A program made the position numbers and the translations under genes. Below, one piece after another: positions 1 to 12,827 of a stretch of 36,930 nt of DNA; within the stretch, counting starts at the first letter, position 1; each line of letters starts with the position of its first letter. The DNA is taken from the NCBI GenBank assembly GCA_002245135.1, contig NGBS01000917.1, forward strand, positions 1 to 36,930, written 5' to 3'. This stretch comes from Proteromonas lacertae (lineage: Eukaryota). The notes below the pieces were generated by a model, which was given only the letters and a program-made list of their open reading frames with translations, did no database searches and was not told where the DNA came from.

Positions 1-598
1 AGGAAGAATGTGTTTTATATAAGTCAGTATGAAGTAATTCCAGATGATTTAATTGAAAATAATCGTTATTGTGCAATTTTGAGAGAAGATGTCAAAGGAA
101 GTTGGAATTTATATAACATTGGCTGTGAATATTGCGATGATTACTTAAATAAATACAGTTGCAGTAGTAATAATAGTTCTAGTGATAATGAAGATAAATA
201 TACAACAAATAGACAATGTTTATTAAGGTTGAAACAATTTAATTATAATATAAAAGAGTGTTCAGTGGATGCTAGACATTAAAAGTAGAATTCCATTATT
301 AAATGAAGAAAATCGTAGAGATAGTTGGTGCCCAAGGTGTCCTAAAGTAGATTCTATGAAATTAAATACTAGATTACCTATATGGAATGAAAAATTAAAT
401 TAGTTTGTCAATGAATTTCCTGGAAGTAGTGTAAGAATGAGTTCAAATAAGAATTAGTGTTTTAGAGAATGAGAATAAAGAGATGTTACTACTTTTGGCA
501 AATACGCTCATAAAAAGTTTTCATTGAATATTTATGGTGTTTTATGTGTAATTCAAGGGTTTGGAATGTGCTTAAGCATGTACAATTGGTTGAAGTAA
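1..598 (+). pseudogene. 3' end of a Tubby C-terminal domain gene, disrupted by several single-base frameshifts (pseudogene or consensus errors)
   Basis: Stitching frames over ~300-598 gives LNTRLPIWNEKL..SLSMNF..VRMSSNKN..LENENKEMLL.FGKYAHKKFSLNIYGVLCVIQGFGMCLSMY, matching the Tubby C-terminus pattern (LxNKxPxWNExL..LNF..RV..S.KNF..LQFGK...F.LD...P...QAFGICLS). Stop TAA at 596-598. Confidence 0.7.
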
Positions 599-739
599 TT
601 TTTTTCAAAATAATTTAATTATGTAATTTAGTTAATTATATCTGTATGTTTGTGTATAGGTGGAAAAAATCATATATATTAACCATATCAATTTTCAATT
701 TATATTAATTTGAATCATCCCCACAAAACAAAATAAATA

Positions 740-1886
740 CTATATAAAATCACATCTTATGTATTCTTTATATTCACCTCCTAATTTACTTAAGATCACT
801 TTATATAGAGAATTACCTGGTTTTAAGCTTTCTATAATATAATAATAATAATACATAATTTAATATACTAAATGATGGATAAAAGAAAAATGGTTTATCT
901 GCTGTAACTCCTAGCAAATTACCAACTTCCAACTCTCTTTTCAGTTGTTCTGGCTTAATTGTCTCATATCCATTAAAAAATAAAGTATTTTCACTAAATT
1001 CATCATCATGAGGTAGATTTTGTCCTGAATTCCAGAAATACAATGGATCTCTATCAATTCCTTTACTTTTAAGCGAATATTTCTCATCCATTTTATCAGA
1101 TAGTGCACACATTACTGGTAGACCAGATCTTGTATAATAAACTGGTGGAATATTTAATTGTTTAGAATTATATAAACATCCACTATTATATATATATATA
1201 TATATATTAATATATATTAATACAGTGATATTGGAACTAATAGATAACTACTGACAGGTTTAAAATCCAATAGTAACAACACTGTCTGTTTTGGATATAA
1301 ACTAGGATGAACTAATAATACTGTATATTTTGATAAATTCAGCTCATCAAATACTTTGAAATTAACATCAGGAAATGGATCTTCAACTATTTATTTTGAT
1401 AATATCTAAAATAAATACTATTTGAAATTGAATTATATTGATCAAATCCATTCATTTTAGATTCTGATACAATTTCAGAAAAATATCTATTTGTTTCCAT
1501 TAAAAGATCAATATATTCACTATTCATTATATCATAAATATACTCATTGGAGGGATTTATTGGAAATTCACTTTTAGTATCTTTTCCTTCTGTTTCAGAT
1601 TTAATAAGTGGCATTTTATCCATCTTCACTTCATTTATTATAAAATCATATATAGACTGAGAAGGCCAATATAAATCTTTTCCTCTATGAAATATACACA
1701 CATTTGAAATACTTTAAAAACAACCTCACATAATTATCAACTTTATCTTCAGTTTGAATAAGACCTATTAACGACTAATTATTAAAATGAACTTGATTAT
1801 ACTTTATATGCTGGGTGTTTGTCAAATTTCTTTGCAAATCTTAATGTTCGACGATATAATGATGTTAATAGCTTATTAGATGACAT
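740..1886 (-). CDS. Multi-exon protein with N-terminal LYR motif and C-terminal DUF179/YqgE(AlgH)-like domain
   Basis: ATG at 1886 gives MSSNKLLTSLYRRTLRFAKKF (LYR). After removing short introns the C-terminus reads FFNGYETIKPEQLKRELEVGNLL...SLYKVILSKLGGEYKEY, resembling DUF179 (F.GY.GW..GQL..E...G.W...LW..IL..MGGEY). Stop at 740-742. Confidence 0.6.
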
Positions 1887-2172
1887 TCTTAAGAAATGGG
1901 TTTGTCAAGCCAGAATAAAATGATAAAGCGAATTTAGTTGATAATAAACTCATTAATGGTATAAATTATTTTAAGGAAACATGTATAAGAGTATTTGACA
2001 TTATATAATAAACATTTAGACCAAATAGAGAATTGTGTTTTTGCTGGAACATTTAGGTTGTATAACAGTAAAATAATTCATACATTGTAATTTTTAATGA
2101 ATATGAGAGAATCAGTTCTTTTTTCGAAAATTTTTGTTTCTAAAATACTATTCGTTTCATAAAATATCTTTA

Positions 2173-3853
2173 ATGTTAGACGTTATTAAGGCACAAGAAT
2201 TTCTTGAATCTGCTTCACAGGCTTTATCTTTAGCTTTCAAACAACAAGCCCCAAATTATTTAGTAAAGGACATGAATCAGTATTTTTGTTTTTCTTATTT
2301 TGTGTAGAATTGTTTTATCTCTTGCTATAAATGATCAAGGTGGATTACTTTACAGTGAATTCTTAGAATATTTGCATGATTACATTCAAACTATTCTTGA
2401 CCAGTTGAAAGATGTGAAGTTAGAGGATTATCCTAAAGAATTTGCAAAAATCTGGCTTAATTTTGAAGAGATTGAGAAGAAAGTAAACATCATTATGAAA
2501 TATGTTGTATATATATATATATATATATTTATAATGTTGATATAGAACATATATTACTGTAGTCGTTTCCCAGAGATTGTAGACACAAATACTGTAATGA
2601 AAACAACATTTTTGAATTATGTTTTATATACAGAGAATAGAAAAGATGTACTTGTAAATGACATGTTTATTTACATTGATAACAATCGTCATGGATTAGT
2701 AGTAGATGAAAGAAACTTCCACATTATCGGTAGAATGATTATGCAATTATTTGGAAGTGAAAATGAGAGTATTTATAAACAAGATTTTGAAACAAGATTC
2801 TTACAGACTAGTTATACATTCTATTACGATCAAAGTGTAATGCTTGAAAAATACACTTTGCAACAATATTTAGAAGGTGTTGAATTAATGTTTAACTTAG
2901 AAGAAGCTGAATTTGATTATTTATTACCAGAAACAAGAGACGAATTGAAGAAAATATTGATTTCTGTGTTAATAATGAAACCATGTGATCATGTATTTGA
3001 AAAGTCAAATATTGAAGATGTACACTCCATTATTAATGAGAATAATACTTATTATTTGAGATTAATGTATAATCTCTTCTCCAGAAGTGATGAAAGTCGT
3101 GATAAATTAGCTAAATTATTCTGTAATCATGTAAAAGATGAATTAACACGTTTATTAGTCTTGATTAATTCAGAAAATGCTCAAAAGCCAGAATATCTTA
3201 AAGATAACATCAAGAATATGATTCAATACATAAAATATATTGATTCATTTGTTGTTGATGAGTTTCAAAACGATCATGTCTTTCAAGATGAAAAAGAAGA
3301 AGCTTTTGAAAAAGCCATTGCTGAATGTACTGTTCCAGCTAAAGGATTGGTATTATATTTAGACGAACTTCTCTCAACAAAAGATATTTATGAAACTATT
3401 GAAGAGCCAAGATTGATTATTAAGACAGTATTTCATTTCTTTAAACTTATTAAAGACAAAGATGAATTTTTGACTGAATATTTGAATTACTTAAAAACAA
3501 GAATTAGTGATGAAAGATACGTTAATCCAAAATTAGAAGATTATGTCATTTGGTTATTGAAAGATAAAGTTAGACCAGAGAGTTTAGATCCAATTGAGAA
3601 GGAAAGAAATGATTATTTGGCAAAAGTACAATCAACAAATAATGAAGCTAATTCAGAAATGGAGATTAGTTTTGATGATGATAATGATTTGTATTATAGA
3701 CCATTACCTCCACCACCTGTTCCACCAAAAAGACATCCATTACCACCACCTCCATTACCACCAAAGCCAAAGAAGGAAACTGAAAAAGAAGGTGAAAAAG
3801 AAAAGCCAGAAGAACAACCAAAGAAGGAAGAAAAACCTGCTAAGAAAGAGTAA
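2173..3853 (+). CDS. Cullin-family protein (N-terminal cullin repeats plus start of cullin-homology domain) ending in a proline-rich/charged tail
   Basis: ATG at 2173; introns at 2280-2307 and ~2507-2545. Cullin motifs IYKQDFETRFLQTSYTFYY, YLRLMYNLFSR, LVLYLDELL, FKLIKDKDEFLTEYLNYLKTRI. Confidence 0.85.
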
Positions 3854-4035
3854 ATGGTTGTTGTAGAGATAAATACAAATGTATCTTATAAGCATATATT
3901 TTTATACTGTGATTAATTTCATTTTTTTTTTACTCATTATTTATAATCAATAACATAAACACGTAAGTTGTAAAAAATAGTATATAAACATCATCAAATC
4001 CTAATATTTGAAATCTAACTAGATAAAAGAATATT

Positions 4036-5354
4036 TTATAGGGTTTGGAGATAATTATTAAACAGTTCTTCAAAATATTCCATTGATATATCAATATTTT
4101 CATATAAATCACCACATTCTTTCTTTACTTCATTTACCATTTCATTAAATACTGTTGTTTTTCTTCCACCATTTATCTGATACATATTTGCCAATTGATA
4201 CAAATTTAAACCGTAATTAACTCCCATTTTTATCCACAAAGTTGTTACTTTCAATGTTAATATAATTTCAGGAGTTAATAAATCACCTAAATCCTTTTTT
4301 AAATTCTTAATATCTTCATCCACATTAATATTCATAACCTCAGATATTGTTTGTTGAGAAAATGGTAATTTTGACTGAGGCCATTTATACCAACACCATG
4401 ATGGTTCAGATGTAATATACTCAATATTTGGGATTGAATATCCATGATCAATTGGAATCTATTGATTATAAATAATGATAATGATAATATAAGATATATA
4501 CTAAATGATTACATATTTCTTCTATATGAGAGAATGAACGAGATCTTGAACCTAAACTAAAATGACTTTGTTGTTGTTGATATTTTACTAATTTAGACAG
4601 ATTAGGAAAACTAACTGATCTTAAACTATTAGATGATGATGAATCATCCACTTGACATAACAAATTATTCTCATGTCTATCCATATTCAATATATGCAAA
4701 TCTAATATACCGATACTATGTATATCCTAATCATTTATATAAGAAATGAACATATACTGAAGTAGAAAAATGAACTGGACCAAAATCTTCAGCAGTATCT
4801 TTAAAGTTTACATATTGTTGAAAAGAACCATATTTGTTTTTAAAATATCCATTATTAATATTAATAATTATAGTTGTAGGAATAATGGAATATAAATAAG
4901 AGGCTATATATTCTCTAACATAAGCTTCACCTGATGGTATTCCATCAATTAAACCCCATTTTGACACTTTGTTATAACCTTTTGGATTATTAACAGTACA
5001 TGGTTCTTCATCAGACGGTTTAAATATTCCAATTGGATGATAATCATCATCAATGCATTTATAAGTTCCACCAGTGCAATCATGAATTAACTGAAGTGAT
5101 TTTGAATTTTCAAGCTGAATATCTATTTCTTCTAGAAAAGAGTGTAATAAATCAGAATAATTATAGGATTTTGGGTGACTATTTACATAAATAATTATTA
5201 AAAAATGAGTATTATACCAAATGTCGAAATTAGAAAATTCAGGTTCTTCTTCACCGTTAGAAACAATGTCCAAACCATATTCATCACATGTATCAATATC
5301 ACTTTCTTTGGAAATACTACTGATACTGACAATCTTTTGCAATTTTGAAGTCAT
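4036..5354 (-). CDS. Phosphatidylinositol 4-kinase type II gamma-like kinase
   Basis: Motifs GGTY, IFKPSDEEP..NNPKG, GEAYVREYIASYL, GSFQQYV, GILDLHILNMDRHENNLL, PIDHGYSIP, WCWYKWPQSKLPFS across exons separated by short introns. Confidence 0.9.
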
Positions 5355-5556
5355 TGTTTATATTTTCTATGAAATAACAAAATAAATTATACTAGTGTGT
5401 TTAACCCTCCAAAAGAGATTAAGTAAACTAGAAATTATTTAAATGAGCAGTATTGATTAAAGAGTAGTTTTTAAAAAACGGATTTTTTCAAAAACTTGGT
5501 TTGAACAAAGCTTGACTTATAAAATTTTAATATCTTTCTCTATTTAATTATTCTGT

Positions 5557-7188
5557 ATGTCTGCACCTCCCAAATGTATTTTTTGCTTACTCTCATATAT
5601 CATAGCAAAAGCTAAAGAACCAACAAAGTGGTCAGAAGTAGTAATTGAAGATGATGAGGATGATGAAGACCCATTATCTGTATAAATATGAAATTTATAT
5701 CTAGACTGTTTTACAAACTGCAGCAGCAAATGCATCTCAAGCATCTGCTAAAGATCCCTTATTAGTACTTCCAAAGTATTTTATAGAATTATAATATTAT
5801 TTATAGAGAAGTGTATACTTCTAAAGTCCAACAAGGTAATCAAAAACTGAGAAGAACAGCTGCCAATGATCCAGATCAAGATTTATCAGACTATAGTTTG
5901 TCTTTACAACAAGATAATTTCTATGCTCCACTATTTTTAGCATATGTTCATGATGACACTTCCTTATTTGATTTAAAGCGTGGTATTGAGTATTTTTTTA
6001 ATAATCATATTTATTTTAACATCTATTATCAAATAGAAATTTAAAACAAGATTCTTACGATCAAGCTGCACAAATGAAGAAATTAGTGAAGGAACATTTC
6101 GAGCAATTTGTTCAATGTCGAGATTCAGTTGAATCTGTAGGAACATTAACTACCGAAACATCCATATGGCCAGTACCACCCAATGACAATTACAAAGGTG
6201 GAAAAATCAAAGCAGAGAAATATTTGGATGCAGCAAAAGAAGAAAGTGAAGCATTATTCACTCCAGTGTTAAAACAAAATCAAGAAGTAAAATCTTTAAA
6301 ATTCGCTCAACATATATTAGACAGATACAATTATGTATTTAACCTACCAGATCAATTAAAACAATATTTAAGACAGAAAGAATATGAAGCAATAGTGAGA
6401 GAGTATTTGAGAGTAAAATCAACAATTAAAGATAATGAATTATCAGTGGTAGTGAAAGGAATGGAAGAAGTAGAAATCATAATACAACAATTACGTGAAG
6501 TATTATTAAAGCAATTAGAAAGAATTGATAGACCAGTAGGAGAAATGCAAAGAGCAGTTGAATTATTACAGGAAATAGGATGTGAAGAAGATCCATTAAA
6601 TTATTTGTTGAATGTTAGAAAACAATATGTTATAACGCAGTTAGAGAATTGTTCAATTCAATATGCATCATTAAGTGGAAGTGGTACTATCAATGTAGGA
6701 GGAGATAGTAAAAGTAAAGTAAAGATAAGTCGTGTTTATATGGATAAAGGAAGTGAAATATTGTTAAAACATTTGTTTGATTTGTGGGAATTGTCAGTTA
6801 GATGTATTGATGAAGAAAATTTAAGTAAATTTACAGTAAAAGATGGTGATAAATGTATAGGAGAAGTGATCTATGAATATTTAAAGTTGATTAAATATTT
6901 ATTAGTTGGAGACAATAGTGATGATGCATTTAATGAAGGTAATGGTGGTGATGATGATGAAGAAGAAGAGTTAGAATTTGAAGTTGAATCATCTGAGAAT
7001 ATGTCATTGAAAGATATAAGATATGCATTAACTACAATGGGAAAATTGATTGATAGTATTATTTCTACATCAGAAGTATATATATATATATAATATCAAT
7101 AATTAATATTATATTTTTGTATAGAAACATTTTCAAAGAGATGAAAAGAAACATAAAGTTGATCCATTTGATATAATTGTATAATATA

Positions 7189-7219
<31 letters not shown>

Positions 7220-8343
7220 TGGTATTGAAAAAGTAAATTCATTTTATCAAAAAGTCTATTCATCTTATTCATATTTATTATTCCAGGATACTGAAAACTG
7301 TATAATAATATATAATATATAATATATAGTTACGAGTGATTTATTAATGTCTGAAAAATGGGAAGTAGTAAGTCCAGATAATGTAATTGATATATACAAT
7401 ATAACTATATTACCACAACAATTCGAAATACAAATCAATAAAGCACTAAAACAAATAGATTCTGTATGTAGAGATGAACATCATAATCATACTAAAGGAT
7501 TTGTTAGTTGTTTTGAAGTGTTTTGTGATAATATTGATATATTAACACCACAAGAGACTGTTATTGAAGATTTAGATGAATTAGATGGTAATTCGTTACT
7601 TGTATAAATATTATTTTTATTAATTATATATATTTATATAGTTGAAACGAAATGCAAAGAATGTAACATCTGATTTACGTTTATTATTATTAATTTCTGA
7701 TATTAATTATACAAAAGAACATATCATTCCAACAATAACAATGAATTACGAATTACAAGAAGAAGAAGTGAATAATATATTCAGAAAATTAAATGAATTA
7801 ATGAAAAATCTAATCAATGATTATGTTGATAAAAAGAAACATATTATTGAAGAGTTATTACAGAATTTTAACTCTGATATAACTTGGACAGATGAATCAG
7901 ATCCAGAAATGATTAGAGATTATGTGTTAGAGATATTTTTACAAATGATTGTTATTGATAATGAAATAATAGAAACTATAGGTGATTTTGAATCTCAAGA
8001 TTTTACAGATGGAATGAAGTTTAGTGATTTTATATTTACAATATTATTGGATTTGTTATTTAACTTTTATAAAGTAGAAATACCCAAAATTAGTACTTTT
8101 AGTTCATCTACACATGTTGAAGTTGTTTTAGAGTTGAAATTTATGTCTAAAATATATGAAAAATATATGTCACAGAAGTTTAAAGATATTGTTAAAGACT
8201 GTATTAGTCATATTGAGAAACATACTTATCAAGGAAGTAAACCACTAAATACATTACCTGAAAATAGTAAATCATTGTTGGAGGAGTTGTTACAATTCTC
8301 TTTAGCAAGGACTATACTTTATACCACCTGTTTTTCTAGTTGA
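5557..8343 (+). CDS. EXOC2: Exocyst complex component 2 (Sec5)
   Basis: FYAPLFLAYVHDDTSLFDLKRGI, MKKLVKEHFEQFVQCRDSV, YVFNLPDQL..Y..IVREY and IRDYVLEIFLQMIVI are Sec5 signatures. Many ~30-nt introns; start inferred at ATG 5557. Confidence 0.88.
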
Positions 8344-8990
8344 TTAATATATAATATATAATTGTATTGTTTATTTTTTTATACGTTAATGACTAAAGCA
8401 AATTAATAAAAGAAATACATTTTTAGGTTATAAATAATCGGTTTTCATGTGTTGAAATGATTATTTCAAAAGCAGCTTAATATGCTTTAGCCAAACCGAC
8501 ATGTACCTGTAATTATTAGCTGACCTTTAGTTATATACATATAAAAGCAAGGTATAGCAAAGCTCATAATATAATTTTCAAGCTTTATATACCATTCTTT
8601 AAAAACCCCATTTGACGTAATGATTTATTCACTTTCTTTATTTTGTAAATCAGATTTTTATGCTCAATGATGATTAATACTATTATAAAATGAGTAGAGC
8701 ATAATGTATGCTGAATATAAGAATTGACTTTGAGAAAAAAAGAAGAGTATATCTTGAATTATTTTCCATTTAGCAAATAGAGTGAAATAACATTTACATA
8801 TATGTCATATAAAAATATCGCTATAAAAAAGTAATAAACCTTGCTGCTGGTAAATTAGAGAAATTGGATTTTAACTTCGATAAGAAGTATTGGAATAATG
8901 TTTATAAAATTAAAGAGTAATTTATGTGTATGATTACTTTAAGGTGATAAATACACCTAAAATAACAAAAATGAAAAAGCGTTATAATTA

Positions 8991-9152
8991 CATAAGAGTC
9001 ATGAAACAGAAAAATTAATATTAGATTTTGGAAACGATATATTATTCAATGCAACATACATTCATCCAATGAATCCTATAGAAAATGTGTTTTCTTTTTG
9101 CAGAAACAGTACAATATTTGAATTGAGAACAAGTTTTACACAAAATAGCTGA
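8991..9152 (+). mobile_element. Relic of a Tc1/mariner/IS630-type DDE transposase
   Basis: In-frame HKSHETEKLILDFGNDILFNATYIHPMNPIENVFSFCR resembles the DDE_3 segment H.S..V..L......LLFLPPYSPELNPIE.VFS. The surrounding ~1 kb has no intact ORF. Confidence 0.6.
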
Positions 9153-9493
9153 ATTAGTCAAAACTATCACTCCTCAAGAGTAGTTCAACATAATTATCAT
9201 TCTATACATTTAGATGTAATTAATAGAAAAGATATATAGAAAACACTTTTATTACAATTTATCAAAATAAAAATAAATTAATTTGTTATTTGTAAGAATT
9301 TGTTTTTTGAAACTTGAAAGCTTGAATATTTTATTGAAAGTATTATGAATTTCTTCTCAACCAAACTGAAAAACACTGCAATAGCCATTAATATTATTAG
9401 TGAATTGTGAAGAATTGAACTACACTTTTAAACGATTGATAATACCAAACACAATTATAAAAAAGTAAAATCATTAAGTAAAAAAAAAAAACT

Positions 9494-10430
9494 CTACTCT
9501 TCTTTTGGAACATCTAATGTGTTAGCAAAAGAGCCGTGCAATCTCTTTTCTTCTAATTCAGCATTGGTCTTCTTCTCTAATTCACGAACTTCTTCAAAAG
9601 TCTTATCAATGTAATCATCAGACAAAGTAATAACACGTCTCATTGTAGATAAGAACAGTGATTTCTGATAATCCAATACCATCTTCTCTGTTTTAGTTTG
9701 AATTCCCCAATATTCAGCTTTAATATCACATAATTTATAACTACACATTGTTGGTCCTTGGAAGTTTTCCAGCCATCCTTTAGTGAATGGTCCGTATCCT
9801 TCTCTTGTCTTTGATTGCCATTTTGTTACATCTTCTTCTACTATCTTTTCATTACAGTTTTCAGAGAAATCTAAGAAAATTACTTCTCTTTTTTTTAATC
9901 TATCTGGAGTTAAGTTCAATGCATTCTCTTGCTCGCCTTTATCATCGGCAATCCATGTTTCACATATGATTTTGAATTTGTCGATTGATAAATAACCATT
10001 TACTAATACAGTGACTGTGTGTGGAGGAGCATGCCATGATTCTTCAATTAAGAATAATGCATCTATTAAAATCGATTAAATATGGTTGTATATACCAGTT
10101 GGAAGGAACATTTTGACAAATCCAGGTACACGAGATGAAAAATGATACCTAAACAATATAAATCGATTATATACTTTTTTAAAGTGTAGAAACCTTTTGT
10201 TTTTGGTGGAATAGTTTTAGTAATTTCAGACATTGGTAAATGACCATCTAAATTATCATATCTATTGAAAACAATAACAAAAAATGCATATACTCTTCAT
10301 TTTTAATCCATTCAACACCTTCACCTCCTCCAGAGTTTTTTAAACTAAGATCTATAATACTGTATAATTGACCCCTTTTAAATTCCTCACAAGTTGTAGG
10401 TAATGGAATTCTAAATTCAACTAAAACCAT
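9494..10430 (-). CDS. Phosphatidylinositol transfer protein (class I/II PITP, START-like fold)
   Basis: MVLVEFRIPLPTTCEEFKRGQLY, GGGEGVEWIKNE, YHFSSRVP, LIEESWHAPPH, FQGPTMCSYKL, WGIQTKTE; three short introns. Confidence 0.92.
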
Positions 10431-10804
10431 TGCGAATTATATAAACAATTATCGAAGAAAAGAACGAAAATAGAAGAAAAATGAATCTTTTTTTCGTTAA
10501 AACCCCCAAATTATGAATTTATGTCCTACCTTGTTTAAATAGTTGACTTTGAATATAGCAATTTATTTTATGTTAGACATTTTGCACACGCTCTTATAAT
10601 TTCAACATTAATTTTGTCACAAAATAGGATTAGAATTATGTGAATTTATTTTCAACTTCTGTGTTATGCTGCTATTCTCATTTTATTATTTTCAATGTCT
10701 ATTTAATGATATGATAGTATTATTCCATAATAACAGCAGAATTATCTATTCTCACAAAATATATAAAAATATAACAATTCTATTTATAAAAAAAACAATT
10801 AAAT

Positions 10805-11156
10805 TTATATCCATCCACTGTAGGGATATACAATTGCCAAGTTGTAGAAAGATTCTGGCTTAAGTTGAAAAACAACAAACCACGTAATCAAAATTGTCAT
10901 TGAAACTATCAGCGCAACGAGTGAACCCCAATAATCTAATAAATTATAAATATAACCTTATAAAACACACATTTCTCTGCCATTAAGTATATTCTTGAAT
11001 TTCTTCGTTTTTCTCCATACAAAAAGCATACATTGTAGAACCACAAAATTGGAAGTAGTAAGAAGCCACACCAGAAGTGTACTATGAAATCAAAAAAATA
11101 ATAATCATATAATATTTGGTGACTTTTCTGTAACGCTCTAGAACTTCATCAACCAT
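10805..11156 (-). CDS. PSENEN: Gamma-secretase subunit PEN-2-like small membrane protein (three exons; not in ORF track)
   Basis: Spliced translation MVDEVLE..LHFWCGFLLLPILWFYNVCFLYGEKRRNSRIYLMAEKYYWGSLVALIVSMTILITWFVVFQLKPESFYNLAIVYPYSGWI matches the PEN-2 pattern GF..LP.LW..N...F...Y...S.......L..W...FQ. The first splice donor is ambiguous. Confidence 0.75.
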
Positions 11157-11282
11157 TGAGAATGATTCAACTAACCTTCAAAAAAACGATTGAAGAAGAA
11201 AAAAGCAAAAAATACAAGCTTTCTATCAAGCTTAAAATTGGTCTTTTTATCAAAAATTTTCATTAACTCATTTTTTGAAAAT

Positions 11283-12471
11283 ATGAGTTATGAATTTTCA
11301 ACCCAAAGACTAAGGTGGACCTTTTCTGAGGATGAATTAAGTATATCTGCAATGTATATGAAATTAAAATAGAAGAAAAAAGAGTAAATGTGTTTAATGA
11401 TGTTGTAGAGAGGTTTGAAAGACTTCAGAATGATGTATATAAAATTAGCTCTATATTATCAGAGGTATCCAACTACTATTACAATGACTCCTGCAACAGC
11501 AGCTTCAAAAGGTTTTGAGTCTCTCTCAATATTAAGTCCACCTCCTAAAAGAGTTTACAATGAAATGAAAGTAAACGAAAATATATTTGCTTCTCCAAAA
11601 CCAAAGCAGCCAAAAAGAGATTTACTTTCATTATCTATAGAAGAACATTTACTTCATTATTTCAGTAATAAAATAGTGTTTATATGCAATTCAATTGCCC
11701 CAAAAGATATTAATAGAAAAGAGACAATTAATACTTCAATTCATTACTTTAATCGTTTCTATCTCAAATATTCTATATTTGATTATGATCCAAAATTCGC
11801 ATTATTAGGTTGTATTAGTTTAGCAAGTAAAATCACTGAAGATACAATAAAATTAAATGATTTAATAGAAAAAATTAATTTACTCTTTCCAAGTGATATA
11901 TCTGTAATTAATTCATTTCCTAAGGAATATACTGTAAACAATCTGTCTTTAATATACATGGCTCAATTACATATAAGTGAAGGAATTAATTTTGATTATT
12001 ATATATACAGTCCTTATAGTGTATTGAGAATATTGATTGAAAAATTGAAAGATAAAAATCGTATATTATATATAATAATAATATTATATGTATATATATA
12101 TATATATATATAGCGGATAATAGAGAATTAAAGCAAAATGCAAATTTGAAATGTGAATGTCAAAAGATAATTAATAATATAGAAATATTTGATAATATTA
12201 TTTTTGTTTATAGTCCAAGTGATATAGCAATTAGCAGTTTAAAATATACACTTACTAACTTAATAAAAATTGATAAAGTTGATATAGATCAATTTGTAGA
12301 GAATGAAATCAATTTATATCCAAATGGTAGTGAAATAAAAAAGAATATTGAAAAGTTGATGGTGATAATAGAGAATAATTACAAAATTGATAAATTATTC
12401 GACGAAAATAAAATGAAAGATATTTTAAATGATTATTATGATTGCACAAGAATATTATTAAATCCAGTAAC

Positions 12472-12505
<34 letters not shown>

Positions 12506-12717
12506 GAAGAAGGAATAAGATTGAAATGTTGAAACAAGAAAAAAGTGTAAAAAGAAAAGAAAGATATATGAAATACAAAAATGATGAAAATAGTTTGTTA
12601 GGGTTAAATGATAGTTATGACTCAAAAGAGTATATATTACTATATAATTTCCTTAGTGATGATGATTGTGATATATTCCCCAATATAAAGAGGCATAGAC
12701 CATCATTATCACCATAG
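11283..12717 (+). CDS. CCNH: Cyclin H (CAK/TFIIH cyclin)
   Basis: N-terminal YEFSTQRLRWTFSEDEL; cyclin box TSIHYFNRFYLKYSIFDYDPK..LGCISLASKITE; INFDYYIYSPYSVL; FVYSPSDIA. Short introns. Confidence 0.88.
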
Positions 12718-12827
12718 TAATTAATTAAACTGAAATTTACATATTATTACTATTTCTTTTGTTGGATTTGAATAGAGGCTCGAATTCTTATTCAAGCATT
12801 TTTTTATAATTTCATTTTTTTCTTCAT

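Noticed and set aside
12473..12506. Poly-Tyr/poly-Leu/poly-Asn peptides in ORFs at the cyclin H 3' end
   Set aside because: They are translations of a (TAT)n microsatellite inside an intron; the (TA)n tracts elsewhere are likewise intronic.
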